31,869 bases of DNA from Macrostomum lignano. Lineage: Eukaryota. Positions 11,182 through 22,900 of this stretch are shown here, piece by piece. A program made the position numbers and the translations under genes. Positions within the stretch are counted from its first letter, which is position 1. The number at the start of each line of letters is the position of its first letter. The notes below the pieces were generated by a model. That model searched no databases. It saw nothing but the letters and a program-made list of their open reading frames with translations, and had not been told where the DNA came from. The stretch is from NCBI GenBank assembly GCA_002269645.1, contig NIVC01003238.1, forward strand, positions 1 to 31,869, in the 5' to 3' direction.

Positions 11182-11946
11182 GGCTTTTTTTCAAATTGGC
11201 AAAAAGTTTGCAAAAACGAAAAGCAGACATCTAAAAATTACATTAACAAGAACACACTTTTGTTTCTATTCATTATTTTACAAACAATAGTAAAGCGTTA
11301 TTTTAAAAAAGTGGTAGAATGAAGTAAAAAATTTCCATGTGATGAGGACGCACTTTCTCCCAAATTTCACGCTCGCACATGGGCTCCAAACTTGCTAGCC
11401 TACTAACGGCAGGCTATGGGCATTTTTTCCTCTTTTTTAATTTTCATAGAATTCATACTAGTAGAACTTTCGTAGCTATATAATTTTGCCATACTTGTAG
11501 TTATAATAACATAGGCGCGGTTTTTGGGTCATAAATCATCGCTTTCGAGCTGGTCTGACAGCCACCTGCGCCTCACTCAGTGTTGAGGCTGGCGCCAGAT
11601 GGTCTGAGAGGATGCGGGCGGTAGCTTTTTTCTCATCATTTTGACTGGCCATCAAGATTTATGAGGTCAGGGCCTATTGTCCGTGTTCACTCAAGCGTGT
11701 GACAGCCTTGACAGCAATGCGTTTTACCCCTAAAAGTACTTTGGGATTAGCGATTAGCGAATTCTCTTCACCATCTTCACTTTCTACTTAATAAGAGCTT
11801 TCTAATGTTAGAGCTTTCTAGAGCTTTTCAATATTTTTTCATTGATTTTTGTCATTCCTACGCGAAAGGTCATAAATCATTACGTAGCGATTTTGAGTGA
11901 TCGCCATTGATTTTTATGGCCCCGAGGGAACTGATAGGATCTTCTG

Positions 11947-12380
11947 GTCACGTGAGTTTGGGTGGCAACAAGCTCAGCCAATCAGAAAATTCGACGTCAG
12001 TTATAACAAATCGGCTCAGCCAATCAGCGTCGAGGTGTTTCATTATAACAAATTGCCGGCGTTTTTGGCCCGCTCCGACTTCAACTTGGCCGGTCACCTG
12101 TCACCTGACACCCGGCTGCTACACGCGACCGTCGTCTCTTGATCCCCGGATTGCGACTCCCCCCGTCATCGTCAAGGACGAGTCCCCCCGGTCATCAGCA
12201 GCGAACATCAAAGTTGAGAGCATCATCTGCTAGCTATCTGCGAAGATTGTGACATCAGCATCATCCCGGGTCTACAGCTGCGAAGCACTTAAGCCGATTC
12301 GGTCACTGTGGATTACCTGGTCTCCGGCTGTTGAGTTTCTGATTGGTTGGGTGAGAGGCTGCCTAGACTTGCTTGATTGG
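11947..12380. promoter_or_regulatory. Promoter-like cluster: E-box plus four CCAAT boxes
   Basis: GTCACGTGAG at 11947; GCTCAGCCAATCAG twice, 42 bp apart (11972, 12014); reverse ATTGG at 12342 and 12376; CpG-rich. Confidence 0.35.
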
Positions 12381-14026
12381 GTGATCCCTTATCTGCCCCC
12401 TGTTTCAGTAGCTGGATTAGGCGCACACTTTTGCTCATTTTGTTCAGTAGTGCTGTTGCTGAGGCAGAAGTCATTCAATAATACTGCTAGTAGTCTGAAA
12501 CTCCAATTCAATATGAGGTGTGAAGTGAATCAGTGAGAAGGTTAAATCTGACAGTTATTTTTATCGGTTTTATTTCTTTGTTCGCCGATGGCTCAGATGA
12601 ATATTAGTACATGTAGCTACCCCACAGACTCGCCACTGCAAGAATCCCCCGCACAAGTCCCCTCTGTACCTGCATGGCCAATGCGATCAAGTCCCAGCAG
12701 TGTCCCTTAACATCGGCTATGACTTCGAGATTGACAGCAAAAAGACACTAGTTGGCAGGTAAGTGCAAAGCCCCCTCTAGTCGGAAGCCCGATTTCGAGA
12801 GTCCCGGTGTGGTGAGCCAGGACGTACGGGCTGGTGGCAGCGAGTTAGCTAACCTGCGGGTTAACTAACTTCTACCTTCAAAATTCTCCCTGCTTGTCTC
12901 TCGCTGTCCCTCTCTTAGCTATAGGACCTAGACTGCTCGCCACACGATCAAGCTACCATGGGGCTGACCATCTGACAGGAGTGGGGGGCCAGGACTCTAG
13001 TTGATTTATTTCTGAGCCTGAGGCCCGAAGGCTTCCCGAAAGGGGCCGAAAAGGCCGAAACCCATCACATGAATGAATCAAGAAAATGACGTTCAAAAAC
13101 AACAGCACGAGAGTTAAAGTACTTCTTAAAATATAGATATTGTCAGTTTTTCTTACAAATTTGTAATATTCGTAAAGGTATTAAATAATAATTTGGCAAT
13201 AAAACAGTTTCAAACCTACACCTTGCTTGCCTTGACAATCCAACTATACTAAAAAAATGGTTTTGTCTCTGGGAGGTATCATCTACCTAGTTCAAATTTC
13301 ATATTTTACACGTGCGAGTTAACTATATCTCAAATCCGTTTTATTGAAAGTACAAATAATCTTTTAAAAAACAGCTCGTACAAGACTTGTAGCTAAGTTA
13401 AATAAATCATTAAATATAAATTCAATTAACAAAGCTACGCAAAGTCTCCCATTTTTGGGACCGATACTTTTCAGGTTAAAAATTACGCACAAAGTCACTT
13501 ATAAATTCAAGTTCTATTCACGTAAATCTCGATTAAAATCCCGGAAGGATAGTGAGTGACGTTTCGTTAGTCGGCCGATCCCGACTTTCTACGTACATAT
13601 TCTACATGGTGAAAATGGTTTTTGATAAAACAAATGTTAATTTAAATCGTTAAAGCCGCTCTTTATCAATTCTTCGGTTTTATGGCTATCGTAAAAATAG
13701 CCCCTACCTTCCGGAAAACAAAATATATTAACTCTTGCTTCCTAGAAATTGCCTAGAAATAAAAATGTGCCCGTCTTTAAATACGAAGTTCTATATAGTA
13801 GTCCTTTGGGATGTCACTAGCCCAGAATATTTTCAGAAGATTAAAAAATGAATTTAACAAACTTTTACCAAGCTCTTTAGTTGATGCAGATTGGAAGCCA
13901 ATTGAAGTTGAGGTATTGACTATTTCATCAGTGGTGAAAAACTGAAAAGTTGTTATCTCGCTAATGCATTTTAGACCTTCAAAAAATTAAAAAATAGCAC
14001 AAATCACAGCCATGCAAGTCACAGTT

Positions 14027-14617
14027 TTACTGCAACGGCTTGCCCAGGACCGTCGCCGAGGCTCGAGCAGCCGAACTTCTGCTTCGATTATCGTCGACCA
14101 GCTCGCCCCCTTCGCCGCCGCCGTTGCCGACTGCAGCCGATTGCGCAATCAGCGACGCCATCGATGACGTAATCGACGCCGAATAAGAATAAGTCGTCGG
14201 CGTTGCCGAATCGGCGCACTGCAGCTCGTCCTCGTCAGCATTGATGGCGCCATAGTAAGCTGGCCGCCACTGATGCTCGCAGCTGGCCGACGAAACCGAC
14301 TGCAGTAGCGGCGACGCGTCCGGCGACTGCTGACGACGAGTCGACGGCAGGTAACGACGGCCGAACAGCCAGGCGATCAGGAAGGTGCCAATCAGGCAGC
14401 AGAGCAGGCAGCCAGTCAGCAGCAGCATGCCCAGGCAGCCGGCGTCGCAGTCGCCTGCCAGACAGCCGACATCGTTGCTGACTGTCGAAGAGCTGTGGTT
14501 CGCCGCCGTCGCTCGGCCGTTTGAGCAGACGGGGCAGACCAGCAGCCGACAGGGTGTAAAATTTTTATGGCCAGACGGTGGCCCTCCGGTTGGTGACGCG
14601 GTTGCCTGCCAATGCAT
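14027..14617 (-). CDS. Hypothetical single-pass membrane protein (or terminal exon of one)
   Basis: GC-rich ORF in AT-rich flanks; hydrophobic LGMLLLTGCLLCCLIGTFLIAWLFG followed by RR; DASPLL and YGAI motifs in the tail. Start uncertain (ATG at 14665 or 14617, or a spliced-in upstream exon). Confidence 0.6.
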   Translation of the reverse strand: MHWQATASPTGGPPSGHKNFTPCRLLVCPVCSNGRATAANHSSSTVSNDVGCLAGDCDAGCLGMLLLTGCLLCCLIGTFLIAWLFGRRYLPSTRRQQSPDASPLLQSVSSASCEHQWRPAYYGAINADEDELQCADSATPTTYSYSASITSSMASLIAQSAAVGNGGGEGGELVDDNRSRSSAARASATVLGKPLQ

Positions 14618-15099
14618 TTTATCTATCCAGGTCAGCTGGCAGCAACTCTCAAGGCAGTTATACAATTATTATGCACGCAATTTATGCTCCCAGCCAAGGG
14701 GCCCGTGTTTATGATTGCGCAATAGCCAAAATTCACGCTGCAAATAGAACGATTCTTCGACACTAAATTTTATCATCATATATAGTATTGCGCAATACTT
14801 TATTTGAGCCAACAATGGGCCACTTTATATCAATTCATGCGAAGCTTTCTTCTGATAACACCGATAAGAAAGTGAAATACCCATATGCGAATTGAAATAG
14901 AAAGTTGCAAGCAATTAATTATATTACATTTATTTAGTTGCGTCAACATACTACTTATTTACGATGCTATAAGTAAGCTATAAGCAATTCACATGACTTA
15001 TTTAGATAAAAAACTCTACAATTCGCTTATTGCATGAGGGCTCTTTGTTTGATTCCGTGCACGGTCTCATTAATTTGAGGCCTGTGCACGAAAACCTCA

Positions 15100-15562
15100 A
15101 CTAAACCCTAACCTAAAGCCTAGAAACCCACCTAAACACTGACCTAAAACCTAAACGTCCCCTAAACCCTGACGTAAACCATAAACGTCACGTAGACCCT
15201 GCGAAAGGCCTAACAGCACCTAAACTCTGATCTAAAGTCTAAACGTCACCTAAACCCTGACCTAAATCCTAAACTTCACATAAACCCTGACCTAAATCCT
15301 AAACGTCACCTAAAACCTGATCTAAATCCTAATCGTCACCTAAACCCTGACCTGAATACTATAAAGTTCACCTAGACCCCCTAAGGCCTAAACGTCACCT
15401 AAACCCTGACCTAAAGTCTAAACGTCACCTAAACCCTGACCTAAGGCCTAAAAGTCACCTAAACCCTGACCTCAAGCCTAAAAATCACCCAAACCCTGAC
15501 CTCAAGCCTAAAAATCACCTAAACACTCACCTAAAGTCTAAAAGTCACCTAAACCTTAACCT
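15100..15562. repeat. 30-bp minisatellite built of CCTAAA-containing subunits (TAAACCCTGACCTAAATCCTAAACGTCACC)
   Basis: About 14 diverged copies; superficially telomere-like. Confidence 0.85.
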
Positions 15563-16361
15563 GTAGACAAATTTCCCTATCAGCGCGTCAGCGTCAGCAG
15601 CAGCACCTTCAGTCCAGCACCAGTATAGAAACTCGATTAAAGGTCGATTTACCGTTAAAAATGATAATGATAAATAATTAGTTGCACACAGCTCCGTGTT
15701 CTCGCGAATTTCATTAGAAAAAATTAATGGATTTTACGTGTCACGTTTCGACATCAGGAAGTGAAAATGATAGCTCGATCCTGGACCAGTCTCGATTACA
15801 AGGAGACGAAGATGCAAGGAAACTTGAGCTGATCCTAAAGCTTTCAGGCATCGATCAGCTTGTCTCTATTGGGGCAATCTATACCGTTGTCCAAGTTGTT
15901 AGACACAGAATGTCAAACAAAGTCAAACCAGTTCACCATTAGTCGATTTCAACTCTTCCTGAAGATACAAGTTCATATTGCTGGGGCTGATCTTAGAAAG
16001 CAAATTATATAGGATTCCTCACGGCAGGCCTGACATTTGGATTCCTGGCGAGCTCGCGTGAGCAGTCCGTTTCAGATGAATCAGACAGTGAACTCAAGCA
16101 GCTGGCCTTGTTAAAGAAAACCGATTGAGCGACAGGACACGAGGGAAGCAAGATTGGCAGGTGGGCGGATCAATTAAGCGCTGCAAGAGTGCTGTTGGAC
16201 TTTTAACTGCACTCGCAAAGTACAATAAGTACTATACTATCGCCTGTTATACATGTATAAGCGATCGCGCCAAGCAGACAGGCGAGCATTTGTAAGGTGC
16301 CGCTAAAAATTTCGCCGTCTAGGAGGGCAGCAGCTGTGCCTGAGGTTCTGATGTGGTTGTG

Positions 16362-16955
16362 GCCCAGCAACTGAGGATCTTGGAGGCTGGCCCAGCAACT
16401 GACCATCTGGGAAGCTGGCCCAGCAAGTGAGGATCTGCGGGGGGGGGGGCGCTGGCCCAGCAACTGAGGATCTGGGAGGCTGGCTCAGCAAACTGAGGAT
16501 TTGGGAGGCTGGCTCAGCAACTGAGGATCTGAGAGGATGGCCCAGCAACTGAAGATCTGGGAGGCTGGCCCAGCAACTGAAGATCTGGGAGGCTGGCCCA
16601 GCAACTGAGGATCTGGGAGGCTGGCCCAGCAACTGAGGATCTGAGAGGGTGGCTTAGCAACTGAGGATCTGGGAGGCTGGCCCAGCAACTGAGGATCTGG
16701 GGGCGGGCGGTGGCCCAGCAACTGAGGATCTGCGGGGGGGGCGCTGGCCCAGCAACTGAGGATCTGGGAGGCTGGCTCAGCAAACTGAGGATTTGGGAGG
16801 CTGGCTCAGCAACTGAGGATCTGAGAGGATGGCCCAGCAACTGAGGATCTGGGAGGCTGGCCCAGCAACTGAAGATCTGGGAGGCTGGCCCAGCAACTGA
16901 AGATCTGGGAGGCTGGCCCAGCAACTGAAGATCTGGGAGGCTGGCCCAACTAAGG
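16362..16955. repeat. 28-bp minisatellite (GGCCCAGCAACTGAGGATCTGGGAGGCT)
   Basis: About 20 copies; a block of variants near 16420-16560 recurs near 16715-16870. Confidence 0.92.
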
Positions 16956-17337
16956 ATCAACGGTAGTTATAAAACAATAAATCACAGAGAATATCAAGTT
17001 ACTCGAGTACAATCAGGGAATTCGGTGCAAAATTCCGGACACCATCAATCAAAAACAAAATGACAGTGTACGAGTATTCTCGGAATTTCTGTTTATTAAG
17101 TACTGCTTACTGTAGGAGGAGACGCGGCGCACAGAACAGGACAAGGCAGCTGGTGCCAGCAAGTTCCAACTCGTGCATACTGTACACTATAAATTCATGA
17201 CGAAAGCCAGCGAGACAGCGGCGAAAGAAAACAGAAGCAAAAATAAACAGCATCATCAATCAGCGCTTTGCAAGCTGCAAAAATCTGCCAATAATTTTAA
17301 AATAATCATCAGGGTGGGTGAAATGAAATGGATTGCT

Positions 17338-18112
17338 AATGTCTGTCTGTCTATCTACCCATCTGACTGCCATCTACCTGTCTAGCTTCCCATCTGTCTG
17401 CCATCTACCTGTCTAGCTACCCATCTGTCTGCAGTCTACCTGTCTATCTACCTATCTGTCTGCCATCTACCTCTCTATCTACCCTTCTGTCTGCCATCTA
17501 CCTCTCTATCTACCCTTCTGTCTGCCATCTACCTCTCTATCTACCCTTCTGTCTGCAGTCTACCTCTCTATCTACCAATCTGTCTGCCATCTACCTCTCT
17601 ATCTACCCTTCTGTCTGCCATCTACCTCTCTATCTACCCTTCTGTCTGCCATCTACCTCTCTATCTACCTTTCTGTCTGCAGTCTACCTGTCTATCTACC
17701 CATCTGTCTGCCATCTACCTCTCTATCTACCCTTCTGTCTGCCATCTACCTCTCTATCTACCCTTCTGTCTGCCATCTACCTCTCTATCTACCCTTCTGT
17801 CTGCAGTCTACCTGTCTATCTACCCTTCTGTCTGCCATCTACCTCTCTATCTACCCTTCTGTCTGCCATCTACCTCTCTATCTACCTTTCTGTCTGCAGT
17901 CTACCTGTCTATCTACCCTTCTGTCTGCCATCTACCTCTCTATCTACCTTTCTGTCTGCCATCTACCTCTCTATCTACCATTCTGTCAGCCATCTACCTG
18001 TCTATCTACCCTTCTGTCTGCCATCTACCTCTCTATCTACCCTTCTGTCTGCCATCTACCTCTCTATCTACCTTTCTGTCTGCAGTCTACCTGTCTATCT
18101 ACCATCTGTCTG
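17338..18112. repeat. 31-bp minisatellite (CTGTCTGCCATCTACCTCTCTATCTACCCTT)
   Basis: About 24 copies. Confidence 0.93.
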
Positions 18113-18987
18113 TGTTCACCTGTGACTTAATTGCAATCCATTTAAAATTAACTAAAACCACGTGGACAAAAAACGGTAAAAATATTAAAGATAAAGAACA
18201 AAGCGAGTTTATTAAACACAGACTTTCAATATCTGATAGAGCAGAAGTCTGGCTTTCATTAACTCGGTGAAAAATTTTACCACATGGAAGATGGAATGCA
18301 GGGTCGCATTGCTGCTGCAATTGCGCGCTTAGAACAGATAAATTGGGGCCCGCGACAACAAAGACTCAGCGCTATGTAAGAACAAAGACTTTACAATATA
18401 ATAATATATAATATTATTAATAAGTAGCTTTAATTGAAAGCGTTCTGTTTAATAATAGCTGATCACAATTCTGCAGCTGAAGAGAATCTGTACAAAGGAA
18501 ATTGCATGCGAATAGTAATCAAATTATTACGAGTATAAACAGCAAATACAACAGTTAAATATAACAGATTATTGAGAAGGCAAGGCGTAGTACTCATACG
18601 CATCTTAAAGTTGTTGCATTTTCGTAATATCATGTTTTTTGTTATTATATACTACGGATAATATTTGTATGCGATAGGAGTAAACAAAAAATAACCATTA
18701 ATAAATAATTTATTGTTCTTAAATATAATCGCAAAACAGAAAAACAATAACAGTTGATATATTTGCTTCCACACTCAGAGATCTGATGATAGCGCCGATT
18801 TAAGAGCCTGATCGATGAATTTCTTCTCTTTCAGGCACCGCGGAATAGGGGTCGGGGTGGGGGCAGCTGCCCTCTGGATTGAGACTGGGGGACAGCTACC
18901 TGACCTAACGGAGGTCAAAGGGGATCCAAAGTGCCTGTTCCCTATATTTGATATATTATATATCGATATATGATGGCACCGACTAGT

Positions 18988-19308
18988 GGGGGATTTAGCC
19001 TAGTGGTCAGAGCGTCGGACTCACGACTTAAAGGTCGGGAGTTCGACTCCCGATCCCACTCGGAACAATTTGTGTCCTTGAGCAAGACACTTAACTCTGC
19101 ATTGCTTCAGTTCAGCCAGCTGTAAAATGGGTGCCAGCATTAGCTGGGGTAATTGAGGCTGTGTGTGGCGACCCCCCCCCCCCCCCCCCAGACATTGGAC
19201 TGAACAGCCGTACGCAGCCTTCAGATGCGCCGCGCAAACAGCTGCGGTTGAGCTGTCGGTTGCACATCTGGCCTAATTAGGGCAGGTGTAATCAATTATT
19301 ATTATTAT
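18988..19308 (+). mobile_element. tRNA-derived SINE with CORE-like central domain and (ATT)n tail
   Basis: A box TAGCCTAGTGG (18996-19006); B box GTTCGACTCC (19041-19050); GTGTCCTTGAGCAAGACACTTAAC..CAGCTGTAAAATGGG resembles the MIR/AFC CORE; tail at 19295-19308; GACTAGT at 18981 and 19316 is a possible TSD. Confidence 0.8.
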
Positions 19309-19426
19309 CCTTACTGACTAGTAAAAAAAGCATCGTCAAAATTGGGTAAACAGCGAGAGTAACTGTACCCACATTTATAAGCAAACCCGCCTCGTCATCT
19401 CATAAGTCTCACAAACTCAAGGCATT

Positions 19427-19926
19427 TTACTGGTTAGCAGCATCCGGCCGAACAATATGATAAGTGACCAGGTACTCCGGGTAGGCCTGTTCGCCCCGGT
19501 AAATAACGTATTCGGCAAATGACAGGCCGCCAACTGACGGCCGGCCAATAATCGAGTGATGCCCGGGGGCGCGTGAGCTACTTTCATGGCGCTAAACTGT
19601 AGGAACGATTTGCCAAGGCAGACGCGGCACACCAGCAGCTGGCGGGCGCACTGGTAGCAGGATTTGTCCCGGTGCGCCGGGCAGCCGGTGCCGCCGCCGA
19701 TGCCGTACACGTACTGATTAGACTTGGAGGAATTCTCAGCAAAGTAGATCCCGGCGCCGAACATGCCGCCAATGTAGGCGTGACGCTCGTCGAAGCCTCT
19801 CTGAACGATGGCGCCAACGAATGGGCTGCCGTGGAACAGCAGGCGCTCGTTCTGGTTGCCGGCGTTCTCATCGGCAATCTCGTGTCGCCTGTGCGAGTAT
19901 CGCTCCCATAGGCGCTGGTTGCGCAC
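19427..19926 (-). CDS. TNKS: Tankyrase terminal exon (PARP catalytic domain) with a 1-nt frameshift at about 19562-19570
   Basis: [20 protein letters not shown]; the -1 frame continues [44 protein letters not shown] (TAA at 19429-19427). Confidence 0.92.
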
Positions 19927-22900
19927 CTGCGATTATTGATGAGGGGTGGGTGCGCCTCATGCGGTTATCGTATTAGACTATAGACTGTATGCATGAGAGA
20001 CATTAAAGAATGGTTTAGGAGATATTTTAGGGACGTTTGAAGAATGATTTAGGAGACAATCTAAGAATGGTTTAGGAGACATTCTAAGAATAGTCTAGGA
20101 GACATTTCTAAGCATGGTTTAGAAGACATTCTAAAAACGGTTTAGGAGACATTCTAAGAATGGTTTAGAAGACATTATAAGAACGGTTTAGGAGACATTA
20201 TAAGAAAGGTTTAGGAGAAATTCTAAGAACGGCTTAGGAGACATTCTAGGACAGGTTTAGGAGACATTCCAACAATAGTTTAGGGAGACATTCTTCCAAC
20301 AAGAGTTTAGGAGACATTCTAAGAACGGTTTAGGAGACATTCTAAGAATGGTTTAGGAGACATTCTAAGAACGGTTTAGGAGACATTCTAAGAATAGTTT
20401 AAGAGACATTTTAGGGACGTTTGAAGGATGATTTAGGAGACAATCTAAGAATGGTTTAGGAGACATTTTAGGGACGTTTGAAGGATGATTTAGGAGACAA
20501 TCTAAGAATGGTTTAGGAGACATTTTAGGGACGTTTGAAGGATGATTTAGGAGACAATCTAAGAATGGTTTAGGAGACATTCTAAGAATAGTCTAGGAGA
20601 CATTTCTAAGCATGGTTTAGAAGACATTCTAAAAACGGTTTAGGAGACATTCTAAGAATAGTTTAGGAGACATTCTAAGAATTTTTGGGAAACATTCTAG
20701 GAAAGGTTTAGGAGACGTTCCAACAATAGTTTAGGAGACAGTCTAAGAATGGTTTAGGAGACATTCTAAGAACGGTTTAGGAGACATTTTAAGAATTGTC
20801 TAGAAGACATTCTAAGAATGATTAAGGAGACATTGTAAGAAATGGTTTAGGAGACATTCTAAGAACGGTTTAGGAGACATTCCAACAATAGTTTAGGAGA
20901 CATTCCAACAATAGTTTAGGAGACATTCCAACAATAGTTTAGGAGACATTCTAAGAAATGGTTTAGGAGACATTCCAACAATAGTTTAGGAGACATTCCA
21001 ACAATAGTTTAGGAGACATTCTAAGAAATGGTTTAGGAGACATTCCAACAATAGTTTAGGAGACATTCTAAGAAATGGTTTAGGAGACATTCCAACAATA
21101 GTTTAGGAGACATTTCAACAATAGTTTAGGAGACATTCCAACAATAGTTTAGGAGACATTCTAAGAAATGGTTTAGGAGACATTCCAACAATAGTTTAGG
21201 AGACATTCTAAGAAATGGTTTAGGAGACATTCCAACAATAGTTTAGGAGACATTTCAACAATAGTTTAGGAGACATTCTAAGAAATGGTTTAGGAGACAT
21301 TCCAACAATAGTTTAGGAGACATTCTAAGAAATGGTTTAGGAGACATTCCAACAATAGTTTAGGAGACATTCCAACAATAGTTTAGGAGACATTTCAACA
21401 ATAGTTTAGGAGACATTTCAACAATAGTTTAGGAGACATTTCAACAATAGTTTAGGAGACATTTCAACAATAGTTTAGGAGACATTCTAAGAAATGGTTT
21501 AGGAGACATTTCAACAATAGTTTAGGAGACCGCCCGAGGCAAAACTGAAAAACATTGACAAAAAAGTTTTAAGCAATAACTAAAATGGGCCAGTCGAGCT
21601 CACCTTCTGCACCTTGGAGATGGCGTATCTCGAGAACACGCCGCCGCAATTGTCCCGATGCTCCCTATAGGTGCTCTGCATCTGCTCCTCGACAGACTGA
21701 AACTCCGGATCAGTGTCGGCCAAGTCAACTAAGATTGTAGCGTTAGCGGCGCCGGGCGGGAACACGCCGCCGCTTGGCGCCATCGAGGGCGCGCCAACGC
21801 CGCCAAGATGACCAGACGCGAGGCCGCCGACTCCAGCGGTGTGGTAGCTGCCGCCGCCGACTCCAGCGGTGTGGTAGCTGCCGCCGCCGCCGCTGCTAAC
21901 CACAGCAGCCGAGCCGTCCAGGTAGCCGCGGGCCAGCAGGTCGACGCCGGCTGGCGGGCAAGCCGACCGCAGCCGCTCGATGCCCTTGAGAATTCGGTGC
22001 CGATGCCCGAACGCGGACACGCCAATCTCTTTGAGATCCTCGTGGCCCATCTCAACTAGAACGTCGATGCCAATCTTTTCCCGTTCAAACGTGTCAATCA
22101 ATTCGTCCAGGTGGAGGCTGCGCAAGAAATTGCAGACGTTCAACGGACCGGGATCGGGGGCGGCGCTAGCGTTGGCGTTAGCGCCGCTTGTTGCGTCAGC
22201 TCCGCCTGCGGTGGAGTGCGGATGCAGCGGCACCGGGCTGGGCTGGCTGGAGCGTCTAACAGCAGGCCGGAGGTGCCGTCGGATGTCGGAATGGCGGAGC
22301 TGGCGATCGGCAGCGGTGGTGGTGGCGGCGGAGCCGGCTTCGGCACAGACAGAGGCGGGCTGTGCAGCGGCATGGCGTCCATTAGCAGAGCACGGGCATC
22401 GTCGGCCGAGCAGAGCTCAAGTGCCGTCTGGCCCTCGTGATTGCGCAAGCAAACGTTGGCACCGTGGGCAAGGAGTAGTGCGCACACCTGAGCGGCCGTG
22501 TTGAAAGTAGTTAATTAATTAAATGAAAGGAGTTCTTGTAAGCTAATTATAATAGAGATAGAGAGACCAGAGGGAAAGGGAGACAAGAGAGGATAAGGAG
22601 GCCAGAAAGGGAGATAAGAGAGGATAAGGAGGCCAGAAAGGGAGATAAAAGAGGATAAGGAGGCCAGAAAGGGAGATAAGAGAGGATAAGGAGGCCAGAA
22701 AGGGAGATAAGAGAGGATAAGGAGGCCAGAAAGGGAGATAAGAGAGGATAAGGAGGCCAGAAAGGGAGATAAGAGAGGATAAGGAGGCCAGAAAGGGAGA
22801 TAAGAGAAAACGAGAAATCCTTTATGAGACGAGAAGCCATTATGACCTGGAAGTCGAGCCCGGGCCATAATGGCACAAAATGAAGAGTTAGGCTACAAAC

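Noticed and set aside
16362-16955. Hammerhead ribozyme array (CTGAGGA/CTGAAGA in the units)
   Set aside because: No GAAA core or stem II follows the CUGANGA match.
18783-18905. C/D-box snoRNA (CTGATGA..CTGA)
   Set aside because: Box spacing is poor, and there is no terminal stem or recognisable guide.
18988-19057. Functional tRNA gene
   Set aside because: A and B boxes are present, but the anticodon and acceptor stems pair poorly and the sequence continues into a SINE body and tail.
19560-19572. Programmed -1 ribosomal frameshift at C CCG GGC in the PARP exon
   Set aside because: It fits X XXY YYZ only formally (Y is normally A or U), no stimulatory structure was verified, and a homopolymer deletion is simpler.
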